A stretch of DNA of 64,000 bases from Octopus sinensis (lineage: Eukaryota): positions 91,574,001 to 91,638,000 of the forward strand of contig NC_043000.1 in NCBI RefSeq assembly GCF_006345805.1, in the 5' to 3' direction. Within the stretch, counting starts at the first letter, position 1. Each line of letters begins with the position of its first letter. Both the position numbers and the translations under genes were made by a program. The notes beneath the pieces are model-generated. The model saw nothing but the letters and a program-made list of their open reading frames with translations. It searched no databases and was not told the DNA's origin. Below are positions 26,086 to 40,626 of this stretch, piece by piece.

Positions 26086-26890
26086 TGATTTAGCGCTTAC
26101 TCCAAATTTGCTAACCTTGTCTCAAAATTTGAGTGCATTATTAATTCCCCTCTTTGGGGAAATTTGGCGATCTTGGCCACTCATGTGCCTATCATATATA
26201 AGTGTGCAAGTATGTGTTTTCCTCCACCACCACTTGACAACCAATGCTGGTGTTTTCATGTCTCCAGGAAAAGACATCAATAGATTAAGTCAAAGACACA
26301 CACATACACACACGTGATCGACCAGGCTATCAGATGTTGTTACACATCGCTGGTCACAATGCGCCTTTGCATTGTTTTAGCATTCAAATGATGCCACCTC
26401 ACTGGCTATGCATGCAGTCCGACATTACACCCCATGATTGAAAGGGGAAAATGGAACAATGTGAAATCAAGTGGTTTGCTCAATAGCACACCATGCCACC
26501 CAGTCAGGGAATTGAACTCACGATCTAGCAATTGTGAATGCAACAGCCTAACCACTGGGCCACACACCTTCACTATTAATAGATTAAGTACTAGGATTAA
26601 AACAAAGAAATAACAACTCAGATTAGTTCATTTGACTAAAATTCTTCAAGGTGGTACCTCAGCATGGCCACAATTTAATTAGTGAAACAAGTAAAAGATA
26701 TATGATAAAAAATAAAGCCTAAAAAAAAGAGAAGACATCATATTCAGCTCAACCAACATGCCAACCGAACCTCATATTTACAAACAACAGGAAATCTCTT
26801 AATTCAAGAAGATTTGTCGCTTTGTTAGCAACTGGTTTTAATTCTCTTCGGAACAACTTAAACAAAACTTAAACACAATATATACATATT

Positions 26891-27292
26891 CTTTTACTCT
26901 TTTACTTGTTTCAGTTATTTGACTGTGGCCCTGCTGGAGCACTGCCTTTAGTCGAGCAAATTGACCCCAGGACTTATTCTTTGTAAGCCTAGTACTTATT
27001 CTATCGGTCTCTTTTGCCGAACTGCTAAGTTACGGGGGTCGTAAACACACCAGCAGCGGTTGTCAAGCGATGTTGGGGGGACAAACACAAACACACAGAC
27101 ATATATCCACACATACACACACATATATACATATATATGACGGGCTTCTTTCAGTTTCTGTCTACCAAATCCACTCACAAGGCTTTGGTTAGCCAGAGGC
27201 TATAGTAGAAGACACTTGACCAAGGTGCTACACAGTGGGTCTGAACCCGGAACCATGTGGTTCATAAGCAAGCTACTTACCACACAGCCACT
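26891..27292 (-). mobile_element. SINE family A
   Basis: Reverse-complement match to 12380-12788. Confidence 0.85.
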
Positions 27293-27777
27293 CTTACATC
27301 TATATACATGTTCAGCTTCTTTCAGTTACTATCTGCCAAATCTACTCATAAGGATTTGATCAACCCCGGGCTGACCAAATAACATAGATAACATTTGTCC
27401 AAGGTATCACACAGTGGGACTGAACTCAAGACCTCATGGTTCAGAAGCAAGTTTCTTAGCCACATAGCCATGTGTGCACAATATAACAGGATTTAAAAAA
27501 TTGCAGTTTAACACTATAATTTGATAAGTAGAAATACATAAGAAATTTCCAATTTGGCAACGAATTTGATATTGGCCTGTTTAATTTAGGGAAAGAAAAA
27601 ATACAGTGATTATTGATTCCTGTATTTCATTTTTAATTCAAGAGATAATGATGCTAGCTTTTTATATATTAGTTAAGTTATACCGCAAATAAATGATGTG
27701 ATGGATGCAGCATCTAATAGAGATGCTGAAGAATATTTCTTTATTTTTCTGAATTACTTGAGTTGTTCTATTACAAT

Positions 27778-28120
27778 AGGTGCATGGCTCAATAGTTAGG
27801 GCATCAGGCTCACAACCATGAGGTAATGAGTTTGATTCCCAGACTGGGCTGTGTGTTGTGTTCTTGAGTGAGACACTTTATTTCATGTTGCTCCAGTTCA
27901 CTCAGCTGTAGAAATGAGTTGTGACATCATTGGTGCCAAGCTGTATCAGCCTTCACTTTTCCCTTGGATAACATCGGTGGTGTGGAGAGGGGAGGCTGGT
28001 ATGCATGGGTCACTGCTGGTCTTCCATAAACAATCTTGCTTGGACTTGTGCCTCAGAGGATGACTTTCTAGGTGCAATCCTGTGGTCAGTTTTAATTGAA
28101 AGGGGTCTTTACCCTTTGCC
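27778..28120 (+). mobile_element. tRNA-derived SINE (family E)
   Basis: Head GGTGCATGGCTCAATAGTTAGGGC...GAGTTTGATTCCC (A/B-box-like) and body TTGCTCCAGTTCACTCAGCTG. Related copies at ~30400-30735, ~20085-20310 and ~26370-26575 (-). Confidence 0.75.
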
Positions 28121-28456
28121 CTGTTATAATAAAGTTGTTACCAATTGGCAGAATGTGTAAATCATGAAAGAAACAGACAAAATTCCTTGATGTAGTTTGT
28201 TGTGCTCCTTTTCCTTCTGAGTTTCAATTCCACTGAGGTTGAATTCTCCTTTGATTCTTCCGGGGGTGGGGTGGGGGAATAAAATAAATATTGTGATCAA
28301 CAATAGAAACCAGAACATGGTGGCATGGTGGTAAATTAACCTTTTTGTTCTCATATTTCTGCTAGTCCTTGTCACCATCAGATCATGTCAAAGCATTTAA
28401 CCCATGCTAGCACGAAATATGGATTTTACATGATGATGGTAATGATGATAATGATG

Positions 28457-28488
<32 letters not shown>

Positions 28489-28867
28489 GATGACGATGAT
28501 GATGACAACAATGACATTGGTGTTGATGACAATGATGATGATGAAGAGGATTAGGAATAATTTAGTAATATGATTCAATGTTAAGCTGATGCGAGGAACA
28601 AGATTAATATGAAGTTTTGATGGAAGATTTTTAATTTATATCATTTTAAAATGAAGCTTGTATCATAGAACCAAGGAAAGTCTCAGGTGGGTTGGTTCCA
28701 AAACAGTTAAAAGGAAATTGAAATATACATGTATGTCTTTCAACAAAAATGGAAGGAATGATGATTCTAAAATGGAAAGTAGAGAAGTGTTTATATCCAT
28801 CATTCTCTTGATGGAACTTCCTCAAATGTATAGGTTCTAAAAATGAAATATTTATCAGAGAAAATAC

Positions 28868-28956
28868 CTGCTAGGCAGCCCTGCATGACAGAAGTAGGTA
28901 CATCCATACCTTAGTCTCTTATCAGCATGTGACAGTAAGAGCCATTTAAGTGTGTT
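28868..28956 (-). CDS. Candidate internal coding exon of an unidentified gene (NTLKWLLLSHADKRLRYGCTYFCHAGLPS)
   Basis: Long polypyrimidine tract plus CAG acceptor and CAG|GTATT donor. 89 nt, only one open frame, non-repetitive context. No homology recognised. Confidence 0.3.
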
Positions 28957-29799
28957 CTGTTCAAAGCAGATGAAAGAGGGAAAAGAGAAAATAAGAAAAA
29001 GTAGCTGTAGCAACAATAACCATGGATCACAGAAACGGTAATTTTCAGAGCACTAATGGCTGCACAACTTGTTAATCAGTGCAATGAACTCAAATCAGAG
29101 ATCTCAACTGCTTGGTCTGAGCAGCACAATTATCCTATCATCCAGTGATGGTGAGAATGCGAGTGAACAGGAATGGTAAATAGTTAAGGACAAAATGAAA
29201 TAAATCCAGAAAATACTCCAGGGATAAAATTCTTTTTTTTTCAAATGCAAGGTGAGCAGAATGAGTGAATAGGAGCTCCTCTCCTGGGAGTATATAAACT
29301 TCACAGTACTTTGAGCATCCAGTAAATCACAAAGAGACAACTTAAGTATCTCTTAGAATGGTTTCAAATTTTGGTGTAAGGCCAGCAATTTTTGGTCAGA
29401 GGCAAGTTGATTACATTGACCCCAGTACTCAACTGGAACTATTTTATCAACCCGAAAGGGATATAAGGCAAAGTTGACCTGGACAGAATTTGAACCCAGA
29501 CCATAAAGATGGATGAAATGCCACTAAGCATCTTGCCTGGAGCATTATTGATTCTGCCAGCTTTCTGCCTTAAATGTCCCTTAGAATGAGAGTCAATAAT
29601 TAATGCTGCTAAAAAGTATCAGATTATCTGAAACACAGAAACCCAGACAAATATGCTAAATAGGATTTAACTTAATCTTTTATTTTGAGATGAAATACTA
29701 TTACAGTTTGGTTGAATTTGGCTTTAATTCTTCTGAGATTCATATTGTAGTACAATGATATACTGTGGCCAATAGAGTTGAATGTATAACCTACTTATT

Positions 29800-30015
29800 T
29801 GGGCCCCATGGAGGGAAGTGGCTGAGTTCCTTTCGAGTGTTGGGCTTTACAGAGGCAAGGTGGCTGGGTTCCTTTAACCGTTGGGTCTCATCGAGGCAAG
29901 TAGCTGAGTTCCTTTCGAGTGTTGGGCCTCACAGTGGTAAGGTGGCTAAGTGCCTTTCAAGCATTGGGCCCCATGGGGCAAAGTGGCAGTGTTTCTTTCA
30001 AGCATTGGGCCTTAC
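29800..30015 (+). repeat. ~41-42-bp degenerate minisatellite (about 5 units) inside a (GAT)n-tailed SINE (family D, ~29765-30305)
   Basis: The unit GTGGCTGAGTTCCTTTCGAGTGTTGGGC.T.ACAG.GGCAAG is reiterated. The host element ends in GATGATGAT like copies at ~22860-23065, ~37190-37430, ~40395-41060 (-) and ~44075-44250 (-). Confidence 0.75.
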
Positions 30016-31157
30016 AGTGGCAATGACCAAGACCTTTGGCATTATGTCATACTTGTGCAGAAGATCCATCAAGCTATGCAAAATCGCAGTCGTGGCAGAT
30101 ACCAAGGTCATGCAAATGGCACCCGTTGCCAGTGGCATATAAAATCACCCATTACACTCTTGGAGTGGTTGACGTTAGGAAGGGCATCCAGCTGTAGAAA
30201 ACCATGCCAAATCAGACTGGAGCCTGGTGCAGCCTTCCAGTGTGCCAGCTCAATCAAACCATCCAACGCAATCCAGCATGGACAACAGATGTTATATGAT
30301 GATGATGAATTTAAATTTGTTTGATAGCATATTAATCAGTAACATATACAAGAGAAAATTGGTCCATTAAATTGATTGTATAAAGGGTAAAAAGGGTAAA
30401 GACCTGCTTTGGTCACGAATGACGATGGGATTGCACCTAGAAAGTTATCTTCCCAGGCACAAGTTTGGGCAAGGCTGTTTATGGAAGACAAAGAGTCATC
30501 CATGCATACCAACCTCCATTCTCCACTTCAGCCATGTTATCCAAAGGAAAGGCAAAGGCTGATACAGCTTGACACCAGTGATGTTGCAACTCACTTCTGC
30601 AGCTGAGAGAACTGGAGCAACATGAATAGAATGTGTCTTGCTCAATAACAATACACAGCCTGGTCTGCGAAATCAAACTCACTACCTCATGATTACGAGC
30701 CTAACACTCTAAGCACTGAGCCATGTACTTTCACTAAAGTGACTGCATACATCGAATCAAGAAATTGACTGTATAAAAGTTTCAATTTGTGCCAATACAA
30801 TAATGAATTGTTATTGATATCAGTTTCACTGTCACTATCACCACAGATATTATCATCAATATAATCAACATGTTAGGCAAAATATATTTTTGTTTATAAA
30901 ACTGCATGAGTGTTTCTGGCAGTGGTGGGAGCAGCTGTGGTGGTGGTGGTGGTGGTGGTGGTGGTTGTGGTGTTGGTGGTGGTGCTTTTCATTGAGGGTA
31001 GTATTAGTGACTATGGAGAAGTGCTTACAACAGGGTGGGGAAAAAACCCTTTTCAATTTTTAGTTATTTCACTTCATTACCTTATTTGATTCTCTTCTAT
31101 ATACATCTATGTATGTACATAAATACACAGACATATATATACGCATTGACAGATATA

Positions 31158-31203
<46 letters not shown>

Positions 31204-31287
31204 TTATATATATATAATAATATAATATATATATTTATATGTTCATGTGTGTGTGTACATATATATATATATATATATATACACACG

Positions 31288-31333
<46 letters not shown>

Positions 31334-31789
31334 TATATATATATGACATATACATGCATATATATTATAATTCTCCATTTCGTACCATCCCTCTGAAAGC
31401 ACACGTTTTCACACCAGCCCTTGTCTCTTTCTTCCTTACACACAGATTTCTCCCATGCCATTCCATAATGTTCCATTCACAACATTCTCTTAAACTGTTT
31501 GAAAACAAAACATTTAAAAAAAAAAGAAACAACAAAAGTAAAATGCGAGAAAACAAACAAGATTAAAAATATATTAAAAAGATAATACAATTTACCAAAA
31601 AAACAAAACAACACAAAAAAATACAAAAAATAAGCTCCTACCCAACAAGCACTACTTCCCATGAAAGTTCGAAACCTCATTCAAGAAATGCTGTGAACTA
31701 TATAACTTATAGATTTCTTTAAATTCTACCTGCCCAAGGCATGTAATCTTTTCAAGGTGTGTGAATGTATTCTCCTTTTTATGTATACA

Positions 31790-31848
<59 letters not shown>

Positions 31849-32564
31849 ATATACATATATATGTATATATATATATGTACATACATATAGATATATATGT
31901 ATATATATGTTATTTTTTATATTTTTCTCAATTTTCAATAAAAGTGTTGTTGTCGATGCTTTTGTATTTGTTTAATTTATTTAAGCTTGTTTATTTATCA
32001 TGCATATGTATACACATATACACACTCACATATCTAAAATACATGATACATGTAGATATCTATATATGTGTATATATAAGTATGTACTTGTATGCATTTA
32101 TATATATATATATATATGTACAGATGCACACATGCATATGTACCTATATACACATGCATATAAACTTATATTATTATGAATGGATGTGTTCGCTGTATAC
32201 ATGGGTCAATTACAAGGATTCTGTCTGTTTTGAGGATTCCCAAACTATAAGAAATACGCACATACATACAAGAATATTTAACTGTCTATCATATCTATCT
32301 ATCTATCCATCTATCTATCAACACATATGCATACATATACACAGGCATATATATCTATATATATATATAAATATATTTATATACAGACACAAACACACAC
32401 TCATATACATAATTTGCACGCTTTTTCAAATCATTAATAGGGTTTATTATACACATGCAGTGGGTGAAATAAGGTTCAGAATATGTGTTACCATGTGACC
32501 ACATGTATCGACATATATATATATTAATGATGTACACACATGCAAATATATATATATGTGTATA

Positions 32565-32656
<92 letters not shown>

Positions 32657-33009
32657 GTATGTAATTGTATGTTTACATTTACATGTGTGTACATGTCATT
32701 AATAATTGCAATTATCAATACATTTTCTTATAATTTAGTTTTATGTCACTTCTATATATTTTCCTACCAATTTTGAAAGGAGCTAATCTAAATTTCTTTT
32801 ATTCACTATAAATGTTTTTCTTAATATTCTTGTAACATTGTGTTTTTTCTTAATTTATATTTTTCATAATTTTCTTTCAAATTCTTCAAAATAATGTTTT
32901 TTTTTCTGTTTGCATTTATTTTTTCTCTTCCGAAATAATTATTTTGTTGATATTGATATATTGCTGATAAGGATTGTGGGATTTTGGCTATTTTTTTATC
33001 CCAATTTGT

Positions 33010-33079
<70 letters not shown>

Positions 33080-33290
33080 TGTGGCTCTGTATATATACGC
33101 ATACACACACTTATGTATCTATACAGGGATACATACAATACATACATATATACACATATATATACGTATATATATGCCGATATCTATCTACATTTATATA
33201 TATAGAGAGAGATATATAGAGATATGTATATATGTATACATGTATATACATTACATTGAAGTATGCATGTGTGCATATTTGTTCATGTAA

Positions 33291-33327
<37 letters not shown>

Positions 33328-34329
33328 CACAAATATATATATATACATACATATATATGTATAGACACACACACAAACACATGCCTCTGTGTGTAAGTAT
33401 GCTCAAATTTATTCCTTATTTTACTTATTTTATATATAGTTCATCTTATTTGTTTACTCTTTTGTTTATTTTTACAATATTTCTACTTCCCCTATTAAAT
33501 GATTACAAATACACAATTCTTAAAGTGTTTCCGGGGCCTCTATTCCTTCCCATTTCCCTGATGTTTCTTTCTTTCGTTCACTTTTTCTTTCCCCCCTTTT
33601 GTTTTTCTTTTTTTCACTTTTCTCTCATTCTCATAGTATGTTTCTTTTCCTTCTCAACTTCTTCCTAATGCTGCCTTCTCTCTCTCTCTGCTACTCATCT
33701 CTGTATCTTAAACTTCCTTATTTATTTCCTTTTCTTCCTTCTCTCTTTCTTTCCTCCTCTTCCTCTTTTCTCACTGCTCTGCTTCTGTCTCTATCTCACA
33801 CACATCACACTCTCACTCATACCACATTCACTTTCTTCTATCTCTCACTCTATTGATCATCTCATCATCATCATCATCATCATCGTTTAACATCCGCTTT
33901 CCATGCTAGCATGGGTTGGACGGTTCAACTGGGGTCTGGGGAGCCCGAAGGCTGCACCAGGCCAGTCAGATCTGGCAGTGTTTCTACAGCTGGATGCCCT
34001 TCCTTCCACCAATACTCACCTCCTACTTCTCTACATCACTATCTGTCTGCCACCCCTCTCTCCTATCCATCTCCTGGTTCCCTCTCTCTTTCTTAGAATC
34101 TCCCATCTCATTCACTCATTCATTCACTTATAGTGTTCCTCCCACCCTCATACTGAATCTAACAATCTTTTGTCCTTTCCTCTTCCCTGTCCTCTTTCTT
34201 CACATCCCTCCTCTCTTTTTTTCATTCATATCCATTCACCTCTCCCTCTCTTTATTTTCTTCTATTGGTTAGTTCACTTATTTTTCTTGTGTTCTTCCTT
34301 CAAACCTTAACAACTTCTCCACCCAACCA

Positions 34330-34394
<65 letters not shown>

Positions 34395-34567
34395 AAATGA
34401 TACTCCCTTCTCATACCAATTTTTGTTCTTCTTCCACTCCCTTCCCACCCTCACTCAACTTCCTTTTTATATGCTCCACTCCATCAAACTCAAATTTTAA
34501 CACAAGGCCAATAATTTCAGTGGAGCAGGTAAGTCAATTACAACAACCCCAGGGCTGAAATGAATCT

Positions 34568-34984
34568 TACTGTATCTTAACCTGTATAAAGAACCCTCTA
34601 ATTTTTGGTGTTTAAAATTTGGAAAAAAGGTTTTGTAAGTGAGCATGTTCTGAGGAGGGTGCTTGAGTTTGAGGTAAATGGACCACAAAAGCGAGGTAGA
34701 TCAAAGAAAATGTGGAGTGGACAGGTGGAGGAGATTGGGAGGGTTGGCTTGAGAAGAGAGGATGCCCAAAACTGGGCAAGATGGCAAGATGGCAAGATGG
34801 TGTGAGGGCAGTTGCTATGGCACTGAGGTAAATCCGGCCACCTCTGTTAATGGGGACAAAACCTGGATTTAAAACACTAAATGAGGATGATAATTATAAT
34901 ACTATCCATGTATAAGAAACTCCCATATTTTTTAAACCTAATCTTTGACATAAAAGGGTTCCTTATACATGTTAAAATACAGTA
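34568..34984. mobile_element. Non-autonomous TIR element (MITE) carrying an RTE insertion
   Basis: Left TACTGTATCTTAACCTGTATAAAGAACCC versus reverse complement of the right end TACTGTATTTTAACATGTATAAGGAACCC (26/29 identical). Confidence 0.75.
34636..34893 (+). mobile_element. 3' end of an RTE-clade LINE
   Basis: HVLRRVLEFEVNGPQKRGRSKKMWSGQVEEIGRVGLRREDAQNWARW is a typical RTE C-terminus, followed by a short GAT-type tail. Confidence 0.8.
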
Positions 34985-35751
34985 TTTTATTGACCCTGAA
35001 AAAAAAAAGTACAAAGTCGGCCTCAGACGAATTTGAACTCAGAATACAAAGGCAGACGAAATACCTATTTCTTTACTACCCACAAGGGTCTAAACACAGA
35101 GGGGACAAACAAGGACAGACAAACGGATTAAGTCAATTACATTGACCCTAGTACGTAAGTGGTACTTAATTTATCGACCCCGAAAGGATGAAAGGCAAAG
35201 TCAACCTCGGCGGAATTTGAACTCAGAACGTAATGGCAGACGAAATACCACTAAGTATTTTGCCTGGCATGCCAACAATTCTGCCAGCTTGCCATTTTAA
35301 CCATCCAACTCAAATCATCACTCACTCATTTGTCTCTGTCCTTTCATATTTTCTAAGACCCTCATACTCATAACCAGACTGAAACAAGCCAATGATGAAG
35401 CCTCTAATTGGTCCCTTAACATGCTAGAAATAGGAATCAAATTTTCCTCAAAATTAGATGGAATAATCAGCTGAGACTCTTTGCTTCATACTTGAAAATA
35501 TTGGAAGCTTTTCTCTTGGTTGTCACTAAAGCTATTACAATCATCTTACTATTTTAGCATTTAATTCAGCCATATATACGATGGGCTTCTTTTAATTTCC
35601 ATCAACCAAATCCAGTCATACAGCTTTGGTTGGCCCAAGGCTACAGCAGAAGACACTTGGGTAAGGTGCCACGCAGTGGGACTGAACACTGAACCATGTG
35701 GCTGGGAAGCAAGCTTCTTACCACACAGCCATGCCTGCACCTATGTATGTA

Positions 35752-35799
<48 letters not shown>

Positions 35800-36057
35800 T
35801 GTACATTTTTTTTGTAGTCCCTCTTACCATTTTTCATACTCATTTTATTCCAATATTTTTTCTTTTATTTCATTTATTTAGTTTTTTTACAATCCTTGAT
35901 TCTTGAAAACAGTTGAGCCAGTGTTTGCACCTGCTGCTATTACAAAATGCAACAACGGATTCCCAGCTGCATTGGAAGCAATTTATATTATTGTCAATTA
36001 TTATTATTATTACTATCATCATCATCATCATTATTACTATTATCATCATCATCATCA

Positions 36058-36100
<43 letters not shown>

Positions 36101-36111
36101 TATCATCATCA

Positions 36112-36154
<43 letters not shown>

Positions 36155-36394
36155 TATCATCATCATCATTATTATTATTATTATTATATTCATTATTACT
36201 ATGACTATTATTATTGATGTTGTTGTCATTGAGACTACCACTATTGTTTTTTGCTGTTTTTTTTTCATTTTATTTACTTTCCCTGCCTTTGTTTACAATT
36301 CGTTCCATGAAGAAATGATGCAACTGTTTGCGCAGAGAGATGGTGACAAGGATAATAACGATGTTCATGACAATGATGATGATGGTGGTGAAAA

Positions 36395-36835
36395 TGATGA
36401 GGGGAGGGGGAGAAGGAAGAATAGGAGGCAGGGGTAGCAGGAAGAGTTGGAGAAAGAGGTGGAGGAAGACGTAGAGGAAGAGGTAGAGGAAGAGGTAGAG
36501 GAAGAGGTAGAGGAAGAGGTAGAGGAGGGGGTTGAGGAAGAGGTAGAAGAGGAAGTGGAGAAAGATGAGGAGAAAAGGAGGAAGGGGAGGAACAGGAGGA
36601 AAAGGAGGAGGAAGATGAGAGGGGAAAGGAAGAAGAAAATGGAGAAGGGGAAGAGGAGAATAGGAGGAGGAGGAGGAGGAGGAGGAGGAAGAGAAGGAGG
36701 AGGAGAAAGCGGAGGGTAAAGAGGTAGATAGTGTTGGTGAAGATGATGATGATAAGAGGAGAGTGAAAAGAAGAAAAGGAGGATGAGAAGGAAGGGGAGG
36801 AGGCAGAGGAAAAAGAAGAGAAATAGGAGTGGGAA
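36395..36835 (+). repeat. Polypurine low-complexity tract including a (GAGGAAGAGGTA)n run
   Basis: Almost exclusively G/A on +, with a 12-bp unit repeated at ~36460-36550. Confidence 0.9.
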
Positions 36836-38377
36836 GATTATGGCACTTTCATCATTGTTTTTGCTGGGAATGGTTGTAGTAGTAATTATCATTGTAGTGA
36901 TTTTGTGATTTTTAGGATATTACAAATAAAGATATTGTTATGGATGTGTTATGATTGGTTTGGTGTTTATTATTACAATAAATATTTTGGTGATTGGGGT
37001 GTTGATATTGGTGGTGGTGGTGGTGGCATTCAATTTTAGTGGTTATGGTAAATTTGCTGATTGCACATAAACTACACACCTCGGCCTGTGTTGTGTATTT
37101 CTGTCATCACATTTTGTTGAGCTGAAATATCTGGCACATTGGTTTACTCAAGAAGACCTATTTCCATCACAGCAGAATTGATGCAGGTGTTGGTGCCACT
37201 TAAAATGCTCTGGTGCTGGTGCCACATTAAAAACACTGGTGCTGGTTTCCATGTAAATAGCACGCAGTACACTCTGTAGAGTGGTTGGCACTAGGAAGGG
37301 TATTCAGCTGTAGAAACCATCCTAAAATAGACAAAGGAGCTTGGTGTGGTCTCTGGCCTTACTAGCTCTGGTCAAGTCATCCGACCAATGCCAGCATGGA
37401 AAACAGACGTTAAATGATGATGTTGATGTTGCAAAATTCTTGATGTGAACTCAAACTCATATGTTGAAAAAGATTTTGTGGTATATTGGGAGGGTCATTA
37501 CACCAATAAACACACACACATACACACACTGATTCAACTCACTTCTTTATTGTTATTTAGTAATTGGTTAGCTATTTCACATTTAACTTAATTTGCAAGA
37601 TTCTTGTGAACTTGTGTGTTGAATAACTTATCTTTTTAATTTTACTTTTTATTTGCTTCATTCATTAGACTGTGGCCATGCTGGGGCATCACCTTGGTTG
37701 ACAGATAATAATAAAGAAGTGAAATTGAGTCTATACATGCTTTTATTATTGGTGAAATGACCCCCTCCCCATTAGATGCAACAAAATTTGATATTTTCTT
37801 TCCATGCTTTGGTATTTGACATTAGTAAGTCTTTGGTCAACCCTGGACTATAGAAACCCAGGGCTATAGAAAAAGAAACTAGCCAAAGGTAGTGACACTA
37901 CCTTTGGCACTACCACAGAACCTTGCAGATAGGAAACAAACTTTATATCCCACAGCCATGCCTACACCAATAGCTTAGTAATTCCTTTACCAAACCTGAA
38001 AAAATGGAACATGAAATAGATCTTGGCCAATTTTGGACTCACTGCACTAAGAGTTGAAACAAATGCCACAAAATAAGATCCATTCAAGACTTAAACAGTA
38101 CTGCTAGCTAATTTTCAAACTCTCTCTTTCTTTCTTTCTCCCTTGCTCTCTTTCTTTCTTTCTCTCCCCTCTCTCTCAGTCTGTATATATACACATACAT
38201 ACATACACACACAGGCACATAGATATATATACATATATAAATACATGTAAATAGCATATATATATATATATATATGTAAATATACATACATGTATATATG
38301 TATATAATATATATAATATGAGTGTGTGTATGAATGTATATATATATGTTTATACGTATGTCTTTCTCTCTCTCACG

Positions 38378-38409
<32 letters not shown>

Positions 38410-38799
38410 GTGTGTGTGTGTGTGTCACTGAGAACAGAAATGTGTGCCTGTGTGTATGTGTGTGTGTGTGCGTGTGTGTGTATGTGTGTGTGTGTGTGCG
38501 TGTCTGTGTGTGTGTGTGTATGTGTGTGTGCGTGTGCGTGTGTGTGTGTTTGCTTGTATTTCTGAGAGTAACAAGATGTGAATGGTTGTTTCTGTATTTG
38601 CATATGGTCATTTTTTCTTGGTTCGACTGTAGACAGAATCAGAAATGTCACAATACAACCAACAAGGCAGACCTCTCATTAGAACCGGGATATAAATGTC
38701 AACAACATCGCTTTCTTTCTTTCTTCCTTCCTTTCTTTCTGATTTTTGGTCAAAAAATAATTCTAAGGTAATTCTCCAGATAACATGTTGTCTTGTACT

Positions 38800-39240
38800 C
38801 TATTCTTTGTTTCCTCTCTTACCCTCTCTCTCTTTGCCTCCTTCCTTCTCCTGCTTCTCCTTCTTGTTCTTCCTCTTGTTGTTGTTGTGGTTGTTGTTGT
38901 AATAGTCGTCATGATAGTCCTCCTTCTCCTCCCCTTCTTATCCTCCTCTTCCTCCTCCACTATCCACCTCATCTCCTCCTCCCTCTCCCCTCCTATCCAC
39001 CCCCACTTCATCCTCTCCTCCTCTTTACTTTTTCCTCCTCTCCTTCTCTTCCTCCTCCCCTCCTCCCTTCATCCTCCTCTTCCCATCTTCCTCTTTCCTT
39101 CTTCTCTCTCCCCTTCCACCACCTCATCACTTCCTCCTCTTTTCTTCTTCTTCTTCGTCTTCTTCTTCCCCCTCCCCTCCTCCTTCTTCTCTTCCTTCTC
39201 CTCCTCCTCCTTTATAACTTATATTCATTTTCTTTCTTCC
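38800..39240 (+). repeat. Polypyrimidine low-complexity tract
   Basis: (CCT)/(CTT)-rich and nearly purine-free on +. Confidence 0.9.
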
Positions 39241-40626
39241 TTTCCTCTTTTACTTCCTGAAACAAGTAAAAGAGTAAAAGAGTATACTAAGACCAACAAC
39301 AAATGTAAACCAGTGAGAGAACCTTTACATAGCATAGTAGCAAATCTCCCTTAAGTGCCATGCTACTGTCTTGAGAAGGAAATGTCATTTTGCATAACGT
39401 ATTCCTTTATGTATCAACCAAGACAGGAACCAAGACAGGAAAGTCCTGGTTGACGCAGCAGCACATTAGCACAGGACTCAGATAGATAAGGAGTCCATGC
39501 CTCTATGCTGGGCTGGGCTGGATTTGATTGGACTGTCTCTACTCAGCCCACTGCAAGATGAAGACCTCAGTATGTTCTCTCCACCAGTCATGGTCTGATG
39601 TGGAGGCCATGAATTAGAGCTTAAGTTCATACTGGTTTGATGAGCCTATTCTGCCACACTGAATTTGACAAAGCTTGGAAGATATATATAGAGGTTTTTA
39701 TACTCATTCCCAGGAGTAATTAAGTCAATTACATCAACCCCTGTGCTCAAATGGTACATATTTTATCAACCCTGGAAAAAGTGAAAGGCCAAGTTGACCA
39801 TAGTGGAACTTGAACTCAGAACATAAAGAAGACGGATTTAATACCGCTGTGCATTTCACCTGGAATGCTAAGGATTCTGCCAGACTGACACTGAACAAGC
39901 TCCCTAAAATCTCATTAAAGGTCTAATATGTTTCATAAACCTATCATGCTGTCTTAGAACAACCTGCTAGACATTATATCATACAGTAGAAATTAAGATA
40001 TTGAATATAAAGCAGCCTAGATGTAAAAGAAAATATAATAAAAGACTAAGATAAAAACTGAACCTGGCAAACTACTGGGTCAATCTGATATTCCTATAAA
40101 ACATTCTAGATTTGTGTAGAATTATAATTGCCAATTAGATATTGGGTTGATTTAATATTCATGCAATAAAGCAGAGATGGTTAAGACATTTGATAAGAAC
40201 GGACATGTATGATGAACATTTTTTGATAGTCAAGAACCACAACGTACATCATCATCATCATCATCATCATCATCGTCGTCGTCGTCATCATCATCATCAT
40301 CGTCGTCGTCGTCGTCGTCATCATCATCATCATCATCATCATTATCGTCGTCGTCATCGTCATCATCATCGTCATCGTCGTCATTGTCGTCGTCATTTAA
40401 CATCTGCTTTCCATGTTGGCGTAGGTTGCATGGTTTGACTGAGGACTGGCAAGTTGGGAGGCTGCACCAGGCTCCAATCTGATCTGGCATGGTTTCTACA
40501 GCTGCATGCTCTTCCTAACACCAACCATTCCGAGAGTATAGTGGGTGCTTTTTACGTTCCACCAGCATGGGACCCAGCTAAGTGGCACTGGCATTGGTCA
40601 CACTCGAATGGTACTTTTTACATACC

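Noticed and set aside
29800-30015. CRISPR-like periodic repeat
   Set aside because: Units are contiguous and degenerate with no unique spacers, lie inside a SINE, and there are no cas genes.
36365-36892. Acidic or Ser/Pro-rich ORFs (36447..36719, 36365..36892)
   Set aside because: They fall entirely within the polypurine repeat and are open on both strands because of composition.
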